Assembly: GCA_963675245.1 (NCBI GenBank)
Contig: OY775910.1
Location: 1,312,001-1,376,000, forward strand
DNA length: 64,000 bases
Source of the DNA: Acholeplasmataceae bacterium
GTDB taxonomy: Bacteria; Bacillota_I; Bacilli_A; Acholeplasmatales; Acholeplasmataceae
Direction: 5' to 3'
This document shows positions 10,609-20,042 of the stretch, in pieces. Each line of letters begins with the position of its first letter. Position 1 is the first letter of the stretch. Position numbers and translations under genes: made by a program. Under the pieces are notes generated by a model, which ran no database searches, was not told the DNA's origin, and worked only from the letters and a program-made list of their open reading frames with translations.

Positions 10609-11541
10609 ATGAAAATTGTATTTATGGGTACACCTCAATTTGCACGACCCATTTTAAATATGCTTTATCAAGAACATGAGGTATTATTGGTCGTTACACA
10701 ACCTGATAAACCAGTTGGCAGAAAACGTGTATTAACACCATCCCCAATAAAAGCATTAGCAACATCATTAGGCATTCCTGTTTTTCAACCTGTTCGAATC
10801 AGAAAAGATTTTCAACCGATTCTGGATGTCGGTGCTGATCTTTTAATCACAGCTGCATATGGACAAATACTACCTCAAGATTTATTATCTGGTATTACGT
10901 CATTAAATGTACATGGTTCATTATTACCCATGTACCGAGGTGCTGCACCAATTCAATATGCCTTGTTTGATGGGTTAAAAGAAACAGGTGTCACGATTAT
11001 GGAAATGGTTTACGAAATGGATGCTGGACCGATTATTTTACAAGGAAAAGTGGATATTGATCCTTTTGATAATTTTGAAACCTTAAGTTTAAAATTAAGT
11101 ATATTAGGGGTAAACCTTCTCAGAGAAACACTATCATCATTTGACACCTATTTTGAAGCTAGAAAACCACAAGATATCAGTAAGGTGACTTTCTCTCCAT
11201 TAATCAAATATGAAGGTGAAGTGATAGACTTTAAGTGGTCCAGTGATAAAATCATCAACAGAATCAGAGGTTTATCACCAGAACCAGGGGCACACTTTTA
11301 CTATCAAGGAGACCTTTTTAAGGTCTATCAAGCCATTAAAAGTGATATAATAGATGACAAGGAAGAACCTTCAACCATCCTTTCCACTAAGAAGCGGTTA
11401 ACCATCAAGACAAGTGATGGGGCAATAGACATTTTAGAGATTCAAGCACAAGGCAAGAAGCGATTGCTGGTTAGAGACTACCTAAATGGTCAAACTACAT
11501 TTCATGTGGGTGATCAAATCAAGGAGGATAAAGATGTCTAA
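10609..11541 (+). CDS. fmt: Methionyl-tRNA formyltransferase
   Basis: MKIVFMGTP, NVHGSLLP, RGAAPI. Confidence 0.96.
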   Translation: MKIVFMGTPQFARPILNMLYQEHEVLLVVTQPDKPVGRKRVLTPSPIKALATSLGIPVFQPVRIRKDFQPILDVGADLLITAAYGQILPQDLLSGITSLNVHGSLLPMYRGAAPIQYALFDGLKETGVTIMEMVYEMDAGPIILQGKVDIDPFDNFETLSLKLSILGVNLLRETLSSFDTYFEARKPQDISKVTFSPLIKYEGEVIDFKWSSDKIINRIRGLSPEPGAHFYYQGDLFKVYQAIKSDIIDDKEEPSTILSTKKRLTIKTSDGAIDILEIQAQGKKRLLVRDYLNGQTTFHVGDQIKEDKDV

Positions 11542-12094
11542 AAAGAAAATCATTTATACGAGAAGTGAAATGTTAGAGTTTAATAAGGCGATTTTAGCAA
11601 AGCGTGGTGTCACAATTGAAGAGATTGCAGTCATTTGTTATCAACAGCAATCAAAATATAGTGATGGTGTCACTATGAAATTATGTATCGATTCAGTTGA
11701 AAAAATCTTAACATTACGTGATATATTTCATCATGTTCAACTCGCTTGTGAAATTGACCGTCTAGCAGAAGAACATGCATTTCAAGGACCTATTCAAGAT
11801 ATTATTCTTGAAGACTTAGGTTTATTTGGTATTGATGAAACGATGGGTTTAGATGTATCTGGTTTATATGGTACAATTGGTCAAACCAACTTTGGCGATA
11901 TTGATGTCAATAAACATGGTATCGTTAAGACCTTAAATGATTTAGGAAAAGAACCTGATAAATGTCATACATTCTTAGATGATATCGTTGGTGCGATTGC
12001 TGCAGCAGCATCGACAAGAGTTGCACAGGTGTTAAATGAAGATTTAGCACATGAAGTAGAAGGTATAGAACGTTTTACAATATTTGATTTATAA
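11534..12094 (+). CDS. Phosphatidylglycerophosphatase A family (YutG-like)
   Basis: FGIDE, YGTIG, FLDDIVGAIAAAA; AAGGAGG RBS before the ATG at 11534. Confidence 0.8.
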   Translation: MSKKKIIYTRSEMLEFNKAILAKRGVTIEEIAVICYQQQSKYSDGVTMKLCIDSVEKILTLRDIFHHVQLACEIDRLAEEHAFQGPIQDIILEDLGLFGIDETMGLDVSGLYGTIGQTNFGDIDVNKHGIVKTLNDLGKEPDKCHTFLDDIVGAIAAAASTRVAQVLNEDLAHEVEGIERFTIFDL

Positions 12095-12106
12095 GGATGA
12101 TGCACT

Positions 12107-13429
12107 GTGGAATCTGACAACAAGAAAAAACAACGTTTGAGTTTAAGTAAACTTGGTAGAGATCTCTTTGCCAGGTTTTTTGGCTTTGAGCAAGGTATAG
12201 ATATCACAGATGATGTAGCCGTTTTATATCGAAAAAATGTCGTCATTAAGAATATTGTCTTTATCTCTAATTTAATGTATTCAGTCATCTTATTTACCTT
12301 ATCATTAGCAACACCATCGATGACAAATTGGATTATTACTGTGATGGTGTTTCCAATTACGTATGCAGTCAATAATATGCTAAATAAGCTCATAAATCTT
12401 GATATTAAAGATAAAACAAAACAACAGGTTGCTATGTATGTATCATCGTTATATATATTCTTTTCAGCGGTCTTGATTTACGCGCGATTATATACGATTC
12501 CTTATTATGAAACAGCTGGCTATATATTAGTTTTTTATGCTGTCGTTGTTATTTCACTTTATCAGATCACAAAAGTATTATCAGGTAGTTTTATCGGACT
12601 ATTAGGTATTCTTACATTTATTCATTTATTTTGGACATATAACCTACCTGATTTAGCAGAAGGTATGGGATTTTTCGAGTTTATTAACGCGTTTTTCACA
12701 TCAGATACATTTGATGGTATATTTCAAGATATTTTATTAAGAACAATTTTATTTATCTTATTTTATTTTGTTGTTTACGCGATTGTATCTATGGGACAAT
12801 ACATGCAAGACCAACGTAAACTAGAGCTCATAAAAAGACGTCAAGTGCAAAACGATTATGCACATATTGTTGGGGATTTATTCAGTGTCGTTTTCTCAAG
12901 TTCTTACAGTTTGATGGATCGCAGACACGCTTCAATGGTACAACAAATGGCGGAACGTCTTGCGGGTTATAGCGGATTGAATCACGAACAGGCACAACGC
13001 ATGAATGCTTATGCGATGGTTCATTTACAATATCAAGAAATTAAAAATTTGCTCGATGATCGTGGTGATTTTGATGAACAATCCTATGAGCGCTTAAAAG
13101 AGAAAACTGAGCTTGGTTCAAAAATTGCAAGACGCATGCAACTGGCACAAAAATGTGAAGATATTGCAAGAGCTTATATTGAAGATACGACCTCAGAAAA
13201 GTTCTTAAAAGATATGTTGGTGATTCAACCAGAACTTGAAGCACAAGTCATTTTACTAAGTGATTTATATATTACGTTGCGTACAGTTAAACCATATAAA
13301 AGACCATATCCTCATAAGGATGTACTAAAAGCTTTTAGAGGAGAATTAGGAAACTTTTTTGATTACGATTTAAAAGAACGGTTTTTGAAGTTTAATGATG
13401 AGTTTAATGAGATGTTTAACAACTTCTAA
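12107..13429 (+). CDS. Multi-pass membrane protein with a degenerate HD-GYP-like C-terminal domain
   Basis: About 6 TM segments, then HASMV...MVHL...SDLYITLRTVKPYK resembling the HD-GYP scaffold. Confidence 0.6.
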   Translation: MESDNKKKQRLSLSKLGRDLFARFFGFEQGIDITDDVAVLYRKNVVIKNIVFISNLMYSVILFTLSLATPSMTNWIITVMVFPITYAVNNMLNKLINLDIKDKTKQQVAMYVSSLYIFFSAVLIYARLYTIPYYETAGYILVFYAVVVISLYQITKVLSGSFIGLLGILTFIHLFWTYNLPDLAEGMGFFEFINAFFTSDTFDGIFQDILLRTILFILFYFVVYAIVSMGQYMQDQRKLELIKRRQVQNDYAHIVGDLFSVVFSSSYSLMDRRHASMVQQMAERLAGYSGLNHEQAQRMNAYAMVHLQYQEIKNLLDDRGDFDEQSYERLKEKTELGSKIARRMQLAQKCEDIARAYIEDTTSEKFLKDMLVIQPELEAQVILLSDLYITLRTVKPYKRPYPHKDVLKAFRGELGNFFDYDLKERFLKFNDEFNEMFNNF

Positions 13430-13433
13430 TCAG

Positions 13434-13462
13434 TTGACAAATCTCGACTTTTACGCTATTAT
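13434..13462 (+). promoter_or_regulatory. sigma-A promoter of the metK leader
   Basis: TTGACA-17 nt-TATTAT. Confidence 0.7.
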
Positions 13463-13482
13463 GATAAGGCATTACAATTTAA

Positions 13483-13582
13483 TCTCTTTATTCAGAGCTA
13501 CACAGGCGGAGTGACCATTGACGTAGCAGCAACCTATTTAATTAGGTGCTTATCACCAGGGGTTTAGCCCATCAATAAGGAA
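13483..13582 (+). ncRNA. SAM-I (S-box) riboswitch
   Basis: P1 CTTTATT/AATAAGG, CAGAG, P2 GCTAC/GTAGC, P3 AGCAACC/GGTGCT, GTGA/TCAC pseudoknot; upstream of metK. Confidence 0.85.
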
Positions 13583-13589
13583 AACGATG

Positions 13590-13616
13590 ACGCTTTTCCT
13601 TGGAAGGCGTTTTTTA
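13590..13616 (+). terminator. Riboswitch expression-platform terminator
   Basis: ACGCTTTTCC/GGAAGGCGT plus T tract; AAGGAAAA (13577-13584) can pair with it as an antiterminator. Confidence 0.8.
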
Positions 13617-13633
13617 TTAGAGGAGGACAAGAT

Positions 13634-14782
13634 ATGTATCAATTATTTACAAGTGAATCTGTTACAGAAGGACATCCTGATAAAGTCGCTGATTATATCT
13701 CAGATAGTATACTTGATGCTTGTTTAAAAGAAGATCCAAATGCGCGTGTTGCAATTGAAACAGCCGTGACAACGCACTATTGTTTGATTTTTGGAGAAAT
13801 TTCTACGACAGCGAATGTAGATTACGAAAAAATCATTAGAAAATCTGTCGAGGAAATTGGATATACAAAACCAGAATATGGCTATGATGCTAGTCAATTA
13901 GAAATAGATATTAGAGTCAAAGAACAGTCTCCAGATATCGCTTTAGGTGTTAATAAAAGTGACACGAAAGATTTAGGTGCTGGCGATCAAGGATTCGTAT
14001 TTGGTTATGCCGTCAATGAAACAGACACATTTATGCCACTCCCTATTTATTTAGCGCATAGATTGGCAGAAAGATTAGCTTATGTTAGAAAACATGACAT
14101 CATTGAAGGGTTAAGACCAGATGGTAAAACACAAGTAACAGTGGCTTACGATGAACATGGAAAACCGGCTTTTATCCATACGATTGTCTTATCGACACAA
14201 CACGATCCATCATGGACACAAGAAGCATTGCATGCCGCTATTAATGAACGTGTGATTGTACCTGTTATGAAAGATTATGATTTGGGAGATACATTCATTC
14301 GTATTAATCCAACCGGTAGATTTGTTAAAGGTGGTCCAGATGGTGATGCAGGATTAACTGGTAGAAAGATTATCGTTGATACGTATGGTGGATATGCGAG
14401 ACATGGTGGTGGTGCTTTCTCAGGAAAAGACGCAACGAAAGTCGATCGATCTGCTGCGTATATGGCAAGATATATTGCTAAAAATATAGTCGCTTCAGGG
14501 ATTGCAGATCGCTGTGAAATTCAAATTGCATATGCCATTGGTATTCCTGATCCAGTCTCTCTTTATATTGATACATTTGGAACCCAAAAAGCACCGATTG
14601 AGGAAATCTATGATGTTGTTAGAAGACATTTTAAATTAACGCCTTCAGGTATTATTAAATCACTCGATTTAAATCATCCAATTTATAATAAAACCTCTAG
14701 TTATGGCCATTTTGGTAAAGATAATGATAGTTTTTCATGGGAAAAATTAGATAAAATTGCTTTATTTAAAAAATTATATTAG
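13634..14782 (+). CDS. metK: S-adenosylmethionine synthetase
   Basis: [28 protein letters not shown]. Confidence 0.98.
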   Translation: MYQLFTSESVTEGHPDKVADYISDSILDACLKEDPNARVAIETAVTTHYCLIFGEISTTANVDYEKIIRKSVEEIGYTKPEYGYDASQLEIDIRVKEQSPDIALGVNKSDTKDLGAGDQGFVFGYAVNETDTFMPLPIYLAHRLAERLAYVRKHDIIEGLRPDGKTQVTVAYDEHGKPAFIHTIVLSTQHDPSWTQEALHAAINERVIVPVMKDYDLGDTFIRINPTGRFVKGGPDGDAGLTGRKIIVDTYGGYARHGGGAFSGKDATKVDRSAAYMARYIAKNIVASGIADRCEIQIAYAIGIPDPVSLYIDTFGTQKAPIEEIYDVVRRHFKLTPSGIIKSLDLNHPIYNKTSSYGHFGKDNDSFSWEKLDKIALFKKLY

Positions 14783-14803
14783 AATAACTCTAGGTGATGA
14801 AAA

Positions 14804-15715
14804 ATGGCAGATCGTTTAGAAAAACTTGAAGCGCAAAGATTAGCAGTTGTATCAGAAACAAAAATCGACTATCGTAATGGCAGTTTTGGCTTTATTGGTA
14901 TTGTACTTGGTGTCATTTTGATGCTAGCGATACCGTCCATTCAGATTGTTTCATTTATCCTGATTGGTGGCGGTATTTTAGTGGTCGCTGTTTTCTACGG
15001 CAAAGCTGGTGCAAAAATATCAAGATTAAAAGCTGAACTTAAGTTTAAATTAGTCACAACACTTTTAGAAGAAGAATTTGAAGGTGTCTCTTACGATCCT
15101 CATGGAAAAATTCCAATTGGACATATTATGAGTACCAAAACTGTTAAAAGTCCTGACCGCTACTATGGTGAGGATTATATGAAAGGTATTTACAAAGGTG
15201 TAAAATTTCAAGTATCTGATGTAGATTTAAAAGAGCGTCATGTGCATCGGGATTCTAAAGGGAATACTCATGTCACCTATGAAACATACTTTAAAGGTCG
15301 TTGGTACATTTATCAATTCGAACGTAATTTCCGTAAAGAATTGAAGATCTTAGAAGCAAGAGCTCCTTTATTTGCCAATCAGAATCTCGTTAAAGTTGAA
15401 ACAGAATCAATTGCCTTTAACAAGAAATTTAGTATTTACGCTTCTGATTTAGAATTTGGCTTTTACCATATTACACCAAGTATGATTGAAAAATTATTGA
15501 CGATGGAAAGTATGCATCGTGGCTCAATTCTTTATTGTTTTAGACATGATGAATTACATATTGGTGTTAATGATCGAAGAAATTATATGGAAATCTCATA
15601 TAAAACACCGATTACAAGAGAAACATTAAGTAGTTTATTGGATCAAATTGAATTAATTCCAGCAATCGTTAACGAATTTAGACTAGATAGTTCTAAATTT
15701 AAAAATACGCTCTAA
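14804..15715 (+). CDS. DUF3137-like membrane protein
   Basis: Two N-terminal TMs, FKGRW and ESIAFNKKF motifs; adjacent to lemA. Confidence 0.65.
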   Translation: MADRLEKLEAQRLAVVSETKIDYRNGSFGFIGIVLGVILMLAIPSIQIVSFILIGGGILVVAVFYGKAGAKISRLKAELKFKLVTTLLEEEFEGVSYDPHGKIPIGHIMSTKTVKSPDRYYGEDYMKGIYKGVKFQVSDVDLKERHVHRDSKGNTHVTYETYFKGRWYIYQFERNFRKELKILEARAPLFANQNLVKVETESIAFNKKFSIYASDLEFGFYHITPSMIEKLLTMESMHRGSILYCFRHDELHIGVNDRRNYMEISYKTPITRETLSSLLDQIELIPAIVNEFRLDSSKFKNTL

Positions 15716-15735
15716 AATATGAGGAGGAAATAAAT

Positions 15736-16296
15736 ATGGAACCGTGGTTAATTGCTATAATTGTTGTAGGTGTCATCGCATTTATGCTTATTAGTTGGAT
15801 CATTTCAACGACAAATGCTTTTAGACGCATGACTGTTAAAATTGATGAGTCTGAATCAAGCATTGATGTTGCTTTAACAAAGCGTTTTGATTTACTTAAC
15901 AAATTGTTTTCAGCAACAAAAGGCTACATGAAGCATGAAAAAGAAACATTAACGCAAGTTGTTGGTATGAGACAACCTGCACATGCAGCACCGATTGCTG
16001 ACAAACAAAAGTTTGCTGATGAAGTGACAAAAGGATTACAAGCGATCAATGTGGTTGTTGAACAATACCCTGATCTCAAAGCAAATACATCCGTGAATAA
16101 ACTCATGGACGGCTCAATGGAAGTAGAAGAAAACCTACAAGCAGCAAGACGTGTTTATAACGCTAATGTATCTTATTATAACCAACGTGTTGTTGTCTTC
16201 CCATCTAATATTATTGCTAGATGGAGAGGATTTAAAGAACGTGATTTCTTTGAAGCAGAAGAAATTAAGCGACAAGACGTTAAATTTGATTTCTAA
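15736..16296 (+). CDS. lemA: LemA family protein
   Basis: KRFDL, YPDLKAN, ARRVYN, FPSN. Confidence 0.93.
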   Translation: MEPWLIAIIVVGVIAFMLISWIISTTNAFRRMTVKIDESESSIDVALTKRFDLLNKLFSATKGYMKHEKETLTQVVGMRQPAHAAPIADKQKFADEVTKGLQAINVVVEQYPDLKANTSVNKLMDGSMEVEENLQAARRVYNANVSYYNQRVVVFPSNIIARWRGFKERDFFEAEEIKRQDVKFDF

Positions 16297-16444
16297 TCTA
16301 GAACTCATCCTATGAAATCCTCGTTTTATCGGGGATTTTTTATTTGGTTTTGTGAATTATGTAAAATCGCCTTAATGGTTGAAAAACCTTGTAAAAGGTG
16401 CTCTATTATAGTAATATAATAGAGAACGAAAAGGAAGTGTATCT

Positions 16445-18922
16445 ATGTTTAAAAAGTGGTTTGACCCAGGCAGAAAAATACTACAAAGAGCCGAAAAAAT
16501 AGCTGATCAAGTCTTTAAACTAGAAGATCAAATGACAGCATTATCCGATCAGGATTTAAAAGCAAAAACAGATGAGTTTAAAAACCGCTATCAAAATGGT
16601 GAAACGTTAGAAGACTTAATGGTTGAAGCGTTCGCCGTTGTTAGAGAAGCATCTAGGCGTGTCACAAAATTATTTCCATACTACGTCCAAGTTTGTGGGG
16701 CGGTTGCTATATTTGAAGGTAATATTGCAGAAATGAAAACCGGTGAAGGTAAAACGTTAACTGCAGTTATGCCTGCTTATTTGCAAGCGATTAATGGTCA
16801 AGGTGTTCATATCGTTACCGTCAATGAATACTTGGCTAGTCGTGAAGTAGAAGGAGATATCGGTGAACTGTTTAGATTTTTAGGTTTAACCGTTGGTCTA
16901 AATGTCCGTGAACTCACTCCTGAACAAAAACGTGACGCTTATGATTGTGATATTATGTATTCTACGAACTCTGAATTAGGGTTCGATTATTTGCGTGATC
17001 ACATGGTTTTATATGCGAAAGACATGGTTTCTCAAAGAGGGCTCAATTACGCGATTATTGATGAAGTTGACTCGATTTTGATTGATGAGGCAAGAACACC
17101 ACTTATTATTTCAGGTGGTTCTAAAAATAATCAAAATCTTTATCAAAGTGCGGATCGATTTGCAAAATCTATTCGGGATGAAGATTATGAAATCGATATT
17201 GAAGCGAAGACGATTGCGTTAACACCTTCTGGTATTGAGAAAGCAGAAAAGATTTTCCAAATTGATAATTTATATGATTTGAAATATGTTTCATTGGTTC
17301 ACCATATAAACAATGCGTTAAGAGCAAACTATATCATGTTTAGAGATAAAGATTATATGGTTCAAGACGATGAAGTTTTAATCATTGACCAATTTACAGG
17401 TCGTGTTTTACGAGGAAGACAATTTTCTGAAGGGCTTCACCAAGCGTTAGAAGCTAAGGAAAATGTAAAGGTTAAGCGTGAAACGGTTACTGTTGCTACG
17501 ATTACATACCAAAACTTCTTTAGAATGTATAAAAAACTAGCTGGTATGACTGGTACTGCGAAAACTGAAGAAGAAGAATTCAGAGAAATCTATAATATGG
17601 ACGTTGTTGAAGTGCCAACAAATGCACCTATTATTCGTTTGGATGAACCAGATTATTTATATGCACATCTAGATGACAAATATAAGGCGATTGTTGATGA
17701 AGTAGAAGAACGCTATCAAAAAGGTCAACCTATTTTGTTAGGTACGATTGCTGTTGAAACATCAGAGCACATATCATTTTTATTAAAACAACGTCGAATT
17801 CCACATGAAGTTTTAAATGCGAAAAATCATGCGAGAGAAGCTGAAATTGTTGCTAAAGCCGGATTAAAAGGATCTGTAACGATTGCGACAAACATGGCTG
17901 GTCGTGGGACCGATATTAAACTTGGAGAAGGTGTTGTAGAATTAGGCGGTTTAGCGGTTATTGGTAGTGAACGTCATGAATCAAGACGTATTGATAATCA
18001 GTTAAGAGGTCGTTCTGGTCGTCAAGGAGATCCAGGGTATTCTAGATTTTACATTTCTGCAGAAGATGAATTACTCATTCGTTTCGGTGGTGAAACATTT
18101 AAAAACCGTGTCGAATTTTTAGAACGAATGAATAAATCTACAGGACAACCACTCGCTTCAAAGATATTTACAAGATTTGTTACTGGTGCACAAAAACGTA
18201 TTGAAGGTAATAACTACGATACACGTAAAAATGTCTTGAAATATGATGATGTCATTCGTCGTCAACGTGAAATTATCTATCAAGAACGTCGCGATGTCAT
18301 TACACTTGAAACCATTGAGCCACAAGTAAGACAAATGCTTCAAACAAGCTTAACAGCGCAAGTTAAACAGTTTTTCCATTATTCTGGTAAAAATAAACTT
18401 AATATTGATTTTGATGCGTTACTCACTTATTTCAATGGAAATATCTTCCCTGCAGCGACATTCACAAGAGAAGACATTGAAAATCACGAAACAGATGATA
18501 TCGTTGAACATATCGTTGGAACAGGTATGGCAGAACTTGATCGCAAAAAAGCAAGTGTGCCAGAGTCGATTTATAACGAATTTTTAAAAGTGGTTATGTT
18601 ACGTGTGATAGACACATATTGGATGCGTAATATTGATGAAATGAGTGAATTAAGACAAGCGGTTAGACTTCAGAGTTATGGTCAACAAAACCCACTCGTC
18701 ATCTATCAACAAGAAGGTTTACGTAAATTCAATGAAATGATTGAAAACATTTCAAAAGATATTTGTAGATATGCAATTCGTGCGCAAATCAACTACAATG
18801 TCGAACGTGAAGCGGTCGTTAAAAATACACAAACCAATCAAGGACAAGAAGCTGTTTCAAACAAAAAGAGAAAGCCGAAAGTAAGAAAAAATAGAGGTCA
18901 ACGGAGTCATCCGTGGAGGTAA
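16445..18922 (+). CDS. secA: Preprotein translocase SecA
   Basis: MKTGEGKT, DEVDSILIDEARTP, GRSGRQGDPG. Confidence 0.98.
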   Translation: MFKKWFDPGRKILQRAEKIADQVFKLEDQMTALSDQDLKAKTDEFKNRYQNGETLEDLMVEAFAVVREASRRVTKLFPYYVQVCGAVAIFEGNIAEMKTGEGKTLTAVMPAYLQAINGQGVHIVTVNEYLASREVEGDIGELFRFLGLTVGLNVRELTPEQKRDAYDCDIMYSTNSELGFDYLRDHMVLYAKDMVSQRGLNYAIIDEVDSILIDEARTPLIISGGSKNNQNLYQSADRFAKSIRDEDYEIDIEAKTIALTPSGIEKAEKIFQIDNLYDLKYVSLVHHINNALRANYIMFRDKDYMVQDDEVLIIDQFTGRVLRGRQFSEGLHQALEAKENVKVKRETVTVATITYQNFFRMYKKLAGMTGTAKTEEEEFREIYNMDVVEVPTNAPIIRLDEPDYLYAHLDDKYKAIVDEVEERYQKGQPILLGTIAVETSEHISFLLKQRRIPHEVLNAKNHAREAEIVAKAGLKGSVTIATNMAGRGTDIKLGEGVVELGGLAVIGSERHESRRIDNQLRGRSGRQGDPGYSRFYISAEDELLIRFGGETFKNRVEFLERMNKSTGQPLASKIFTRFVTGAQKRIEGNNYDTRKNVLKYDDVIRRQREIIYQERRDVITLETIEPQVRQMLQTSLTAQVKQFFHYSGKNKLNIDFDALLTYFNGNIFPAATFTREDIENHETDDIVEHIVGTGMAELDRKKASVPESIYNEFLKVVMLRVIDTYWMRNIDEMSELRQAVRLQSYGQQNPLVIYQQEGLRKFNEMIENISKDICRYAIRAQINYNVEREAVVKNTQTNQGQEAVSNKKRKPKVRKNRGQRSHPWR

Positions 18923-18931
18923 ATATTTCCA

Positions 18932-20029
18932 TTGGAAAGATATGATATTAATAAACAATTAGCTTCATTTAAAGAACGAATTGCTGACTTAAAAAAAGCG
19001 ATTCAACCAGAAGCTAAGGAAGAACAATATAAGTCGTTAAATGATTTGATGCAACAGCCAAGTTTTTGGCAACATCAAGAAGAAGCTAAAAAGACGACAA
19101 AAGAAGCCACAAGAATCCGTTCAGCGCTAGACCGTTTTGAACGGATTACTTTAGCATATCACAACTTAATTGACTGGTTTGAGATATCAGAAGAAGACAC
19201 TGAAGAGTGGGTAATTTTAGAATCTGATATCGGAAAACTTGAAAAAGATCTTAAAGACTTTGAAATAGAAACATTATTAAGTGGTCCATATGATGACCAT
19301 GATGCCATTATAGAATTGCATCCAGGTGCAGGTGGTACAGAGTCTCAAGATTGGACAGATATGCTTTATAGAATGTACACTCGATTTGCACAACGTCGTG
19401 GTTTTAAGGTTGATGTTTTAGATTATCAATCAGGTGATGAAGCAGGTATTAAAAGCGTTGTGATGCGCATTAAAGGGCCATATGCTTATGGGTATTTAAA
19501 GGCTGAAAAAGGTGTTCATCGATTAGTCAGAATCAGTCCATTCGATTCAAATGCAAGAAGACATACATCGTTTGCATCATTAGATGTTATGCCTGAATTT
19601 GATGATGATATTCAAATTGATATCAAAGATGAAGATATTAAAATTGATGTTTATCGTTCAAGTGGTGCAGGTGGACAATCAGTTAATACGACAGATTCTG
19701 CCGTACGTATCACACATTTGGCATCAGGCATTGTTGTCACATGTCAAAATGAACGAAGTCAAATCAAAAATAGAGAGACTGCTTTATCTATGTTAAAGAC
19801 AAAGCTTATGCAAGAAGAAGTGAAAAAACAGGAAGAAAACTTAAGAAGTATCAAAGGTGAACAAAAAGATATTGCATGGGGTTCACAAATTAGATCATAT
19901 GTATTCCATCCTTATCAAATGGTCAAAGACCATCGAACTAACTATGAAGTAGGTCAAGTTGATCAAGTGATGGATGGTGATTTAGATGGTTTTATTAATG
20001 CTTATTTGAAAGAGTTTAGTCACGCTTAA
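18932..20029 (+). CDS. prfB: Peptide chain release factor 2
   Basis: SPF tripeptide and GGQ motif; single frame from a TTG start. Confidence 0.96.
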   Translation: MERYDINKQLASFKERIADLKKAIQPEAKEEQYKSLNDLMQQPSFWQHQEEAKKTTKEATRIRSALDRFERITLAYHNLIDWFEISEEDTEEWVILESDIGKLEKDLKDFEIETLLSGPYDDHDAIIELHPGAGGTESQDWTDMLYRMYTRFAQRRGFKVDVLDYQSGDEAGIKSVVMRIKGPYAYGYLKAEKGVHRLVRISPFDSNARRHTSFASLDVMPEFDDDIQIDIKDEDIKIDVYRSSGAGGQSVNTTDSAVRITHLASGIVVTCQNERSQIKNRETALSMLKTKLMQEEVKKQEENLRSIKGEQKDIAWGSQIRSYVFHPYQMVKDHRTNYEVGQVDQVMDGDLDGFINAYLKEFSHA

Positions 20030-20042
20030 TTGATAAAGGAGA

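Noticed and set aside
16350..16367. Rex-like TTGTGAA half-site before secA
   Set aside because: The second half-site is poor and the context is implausible.
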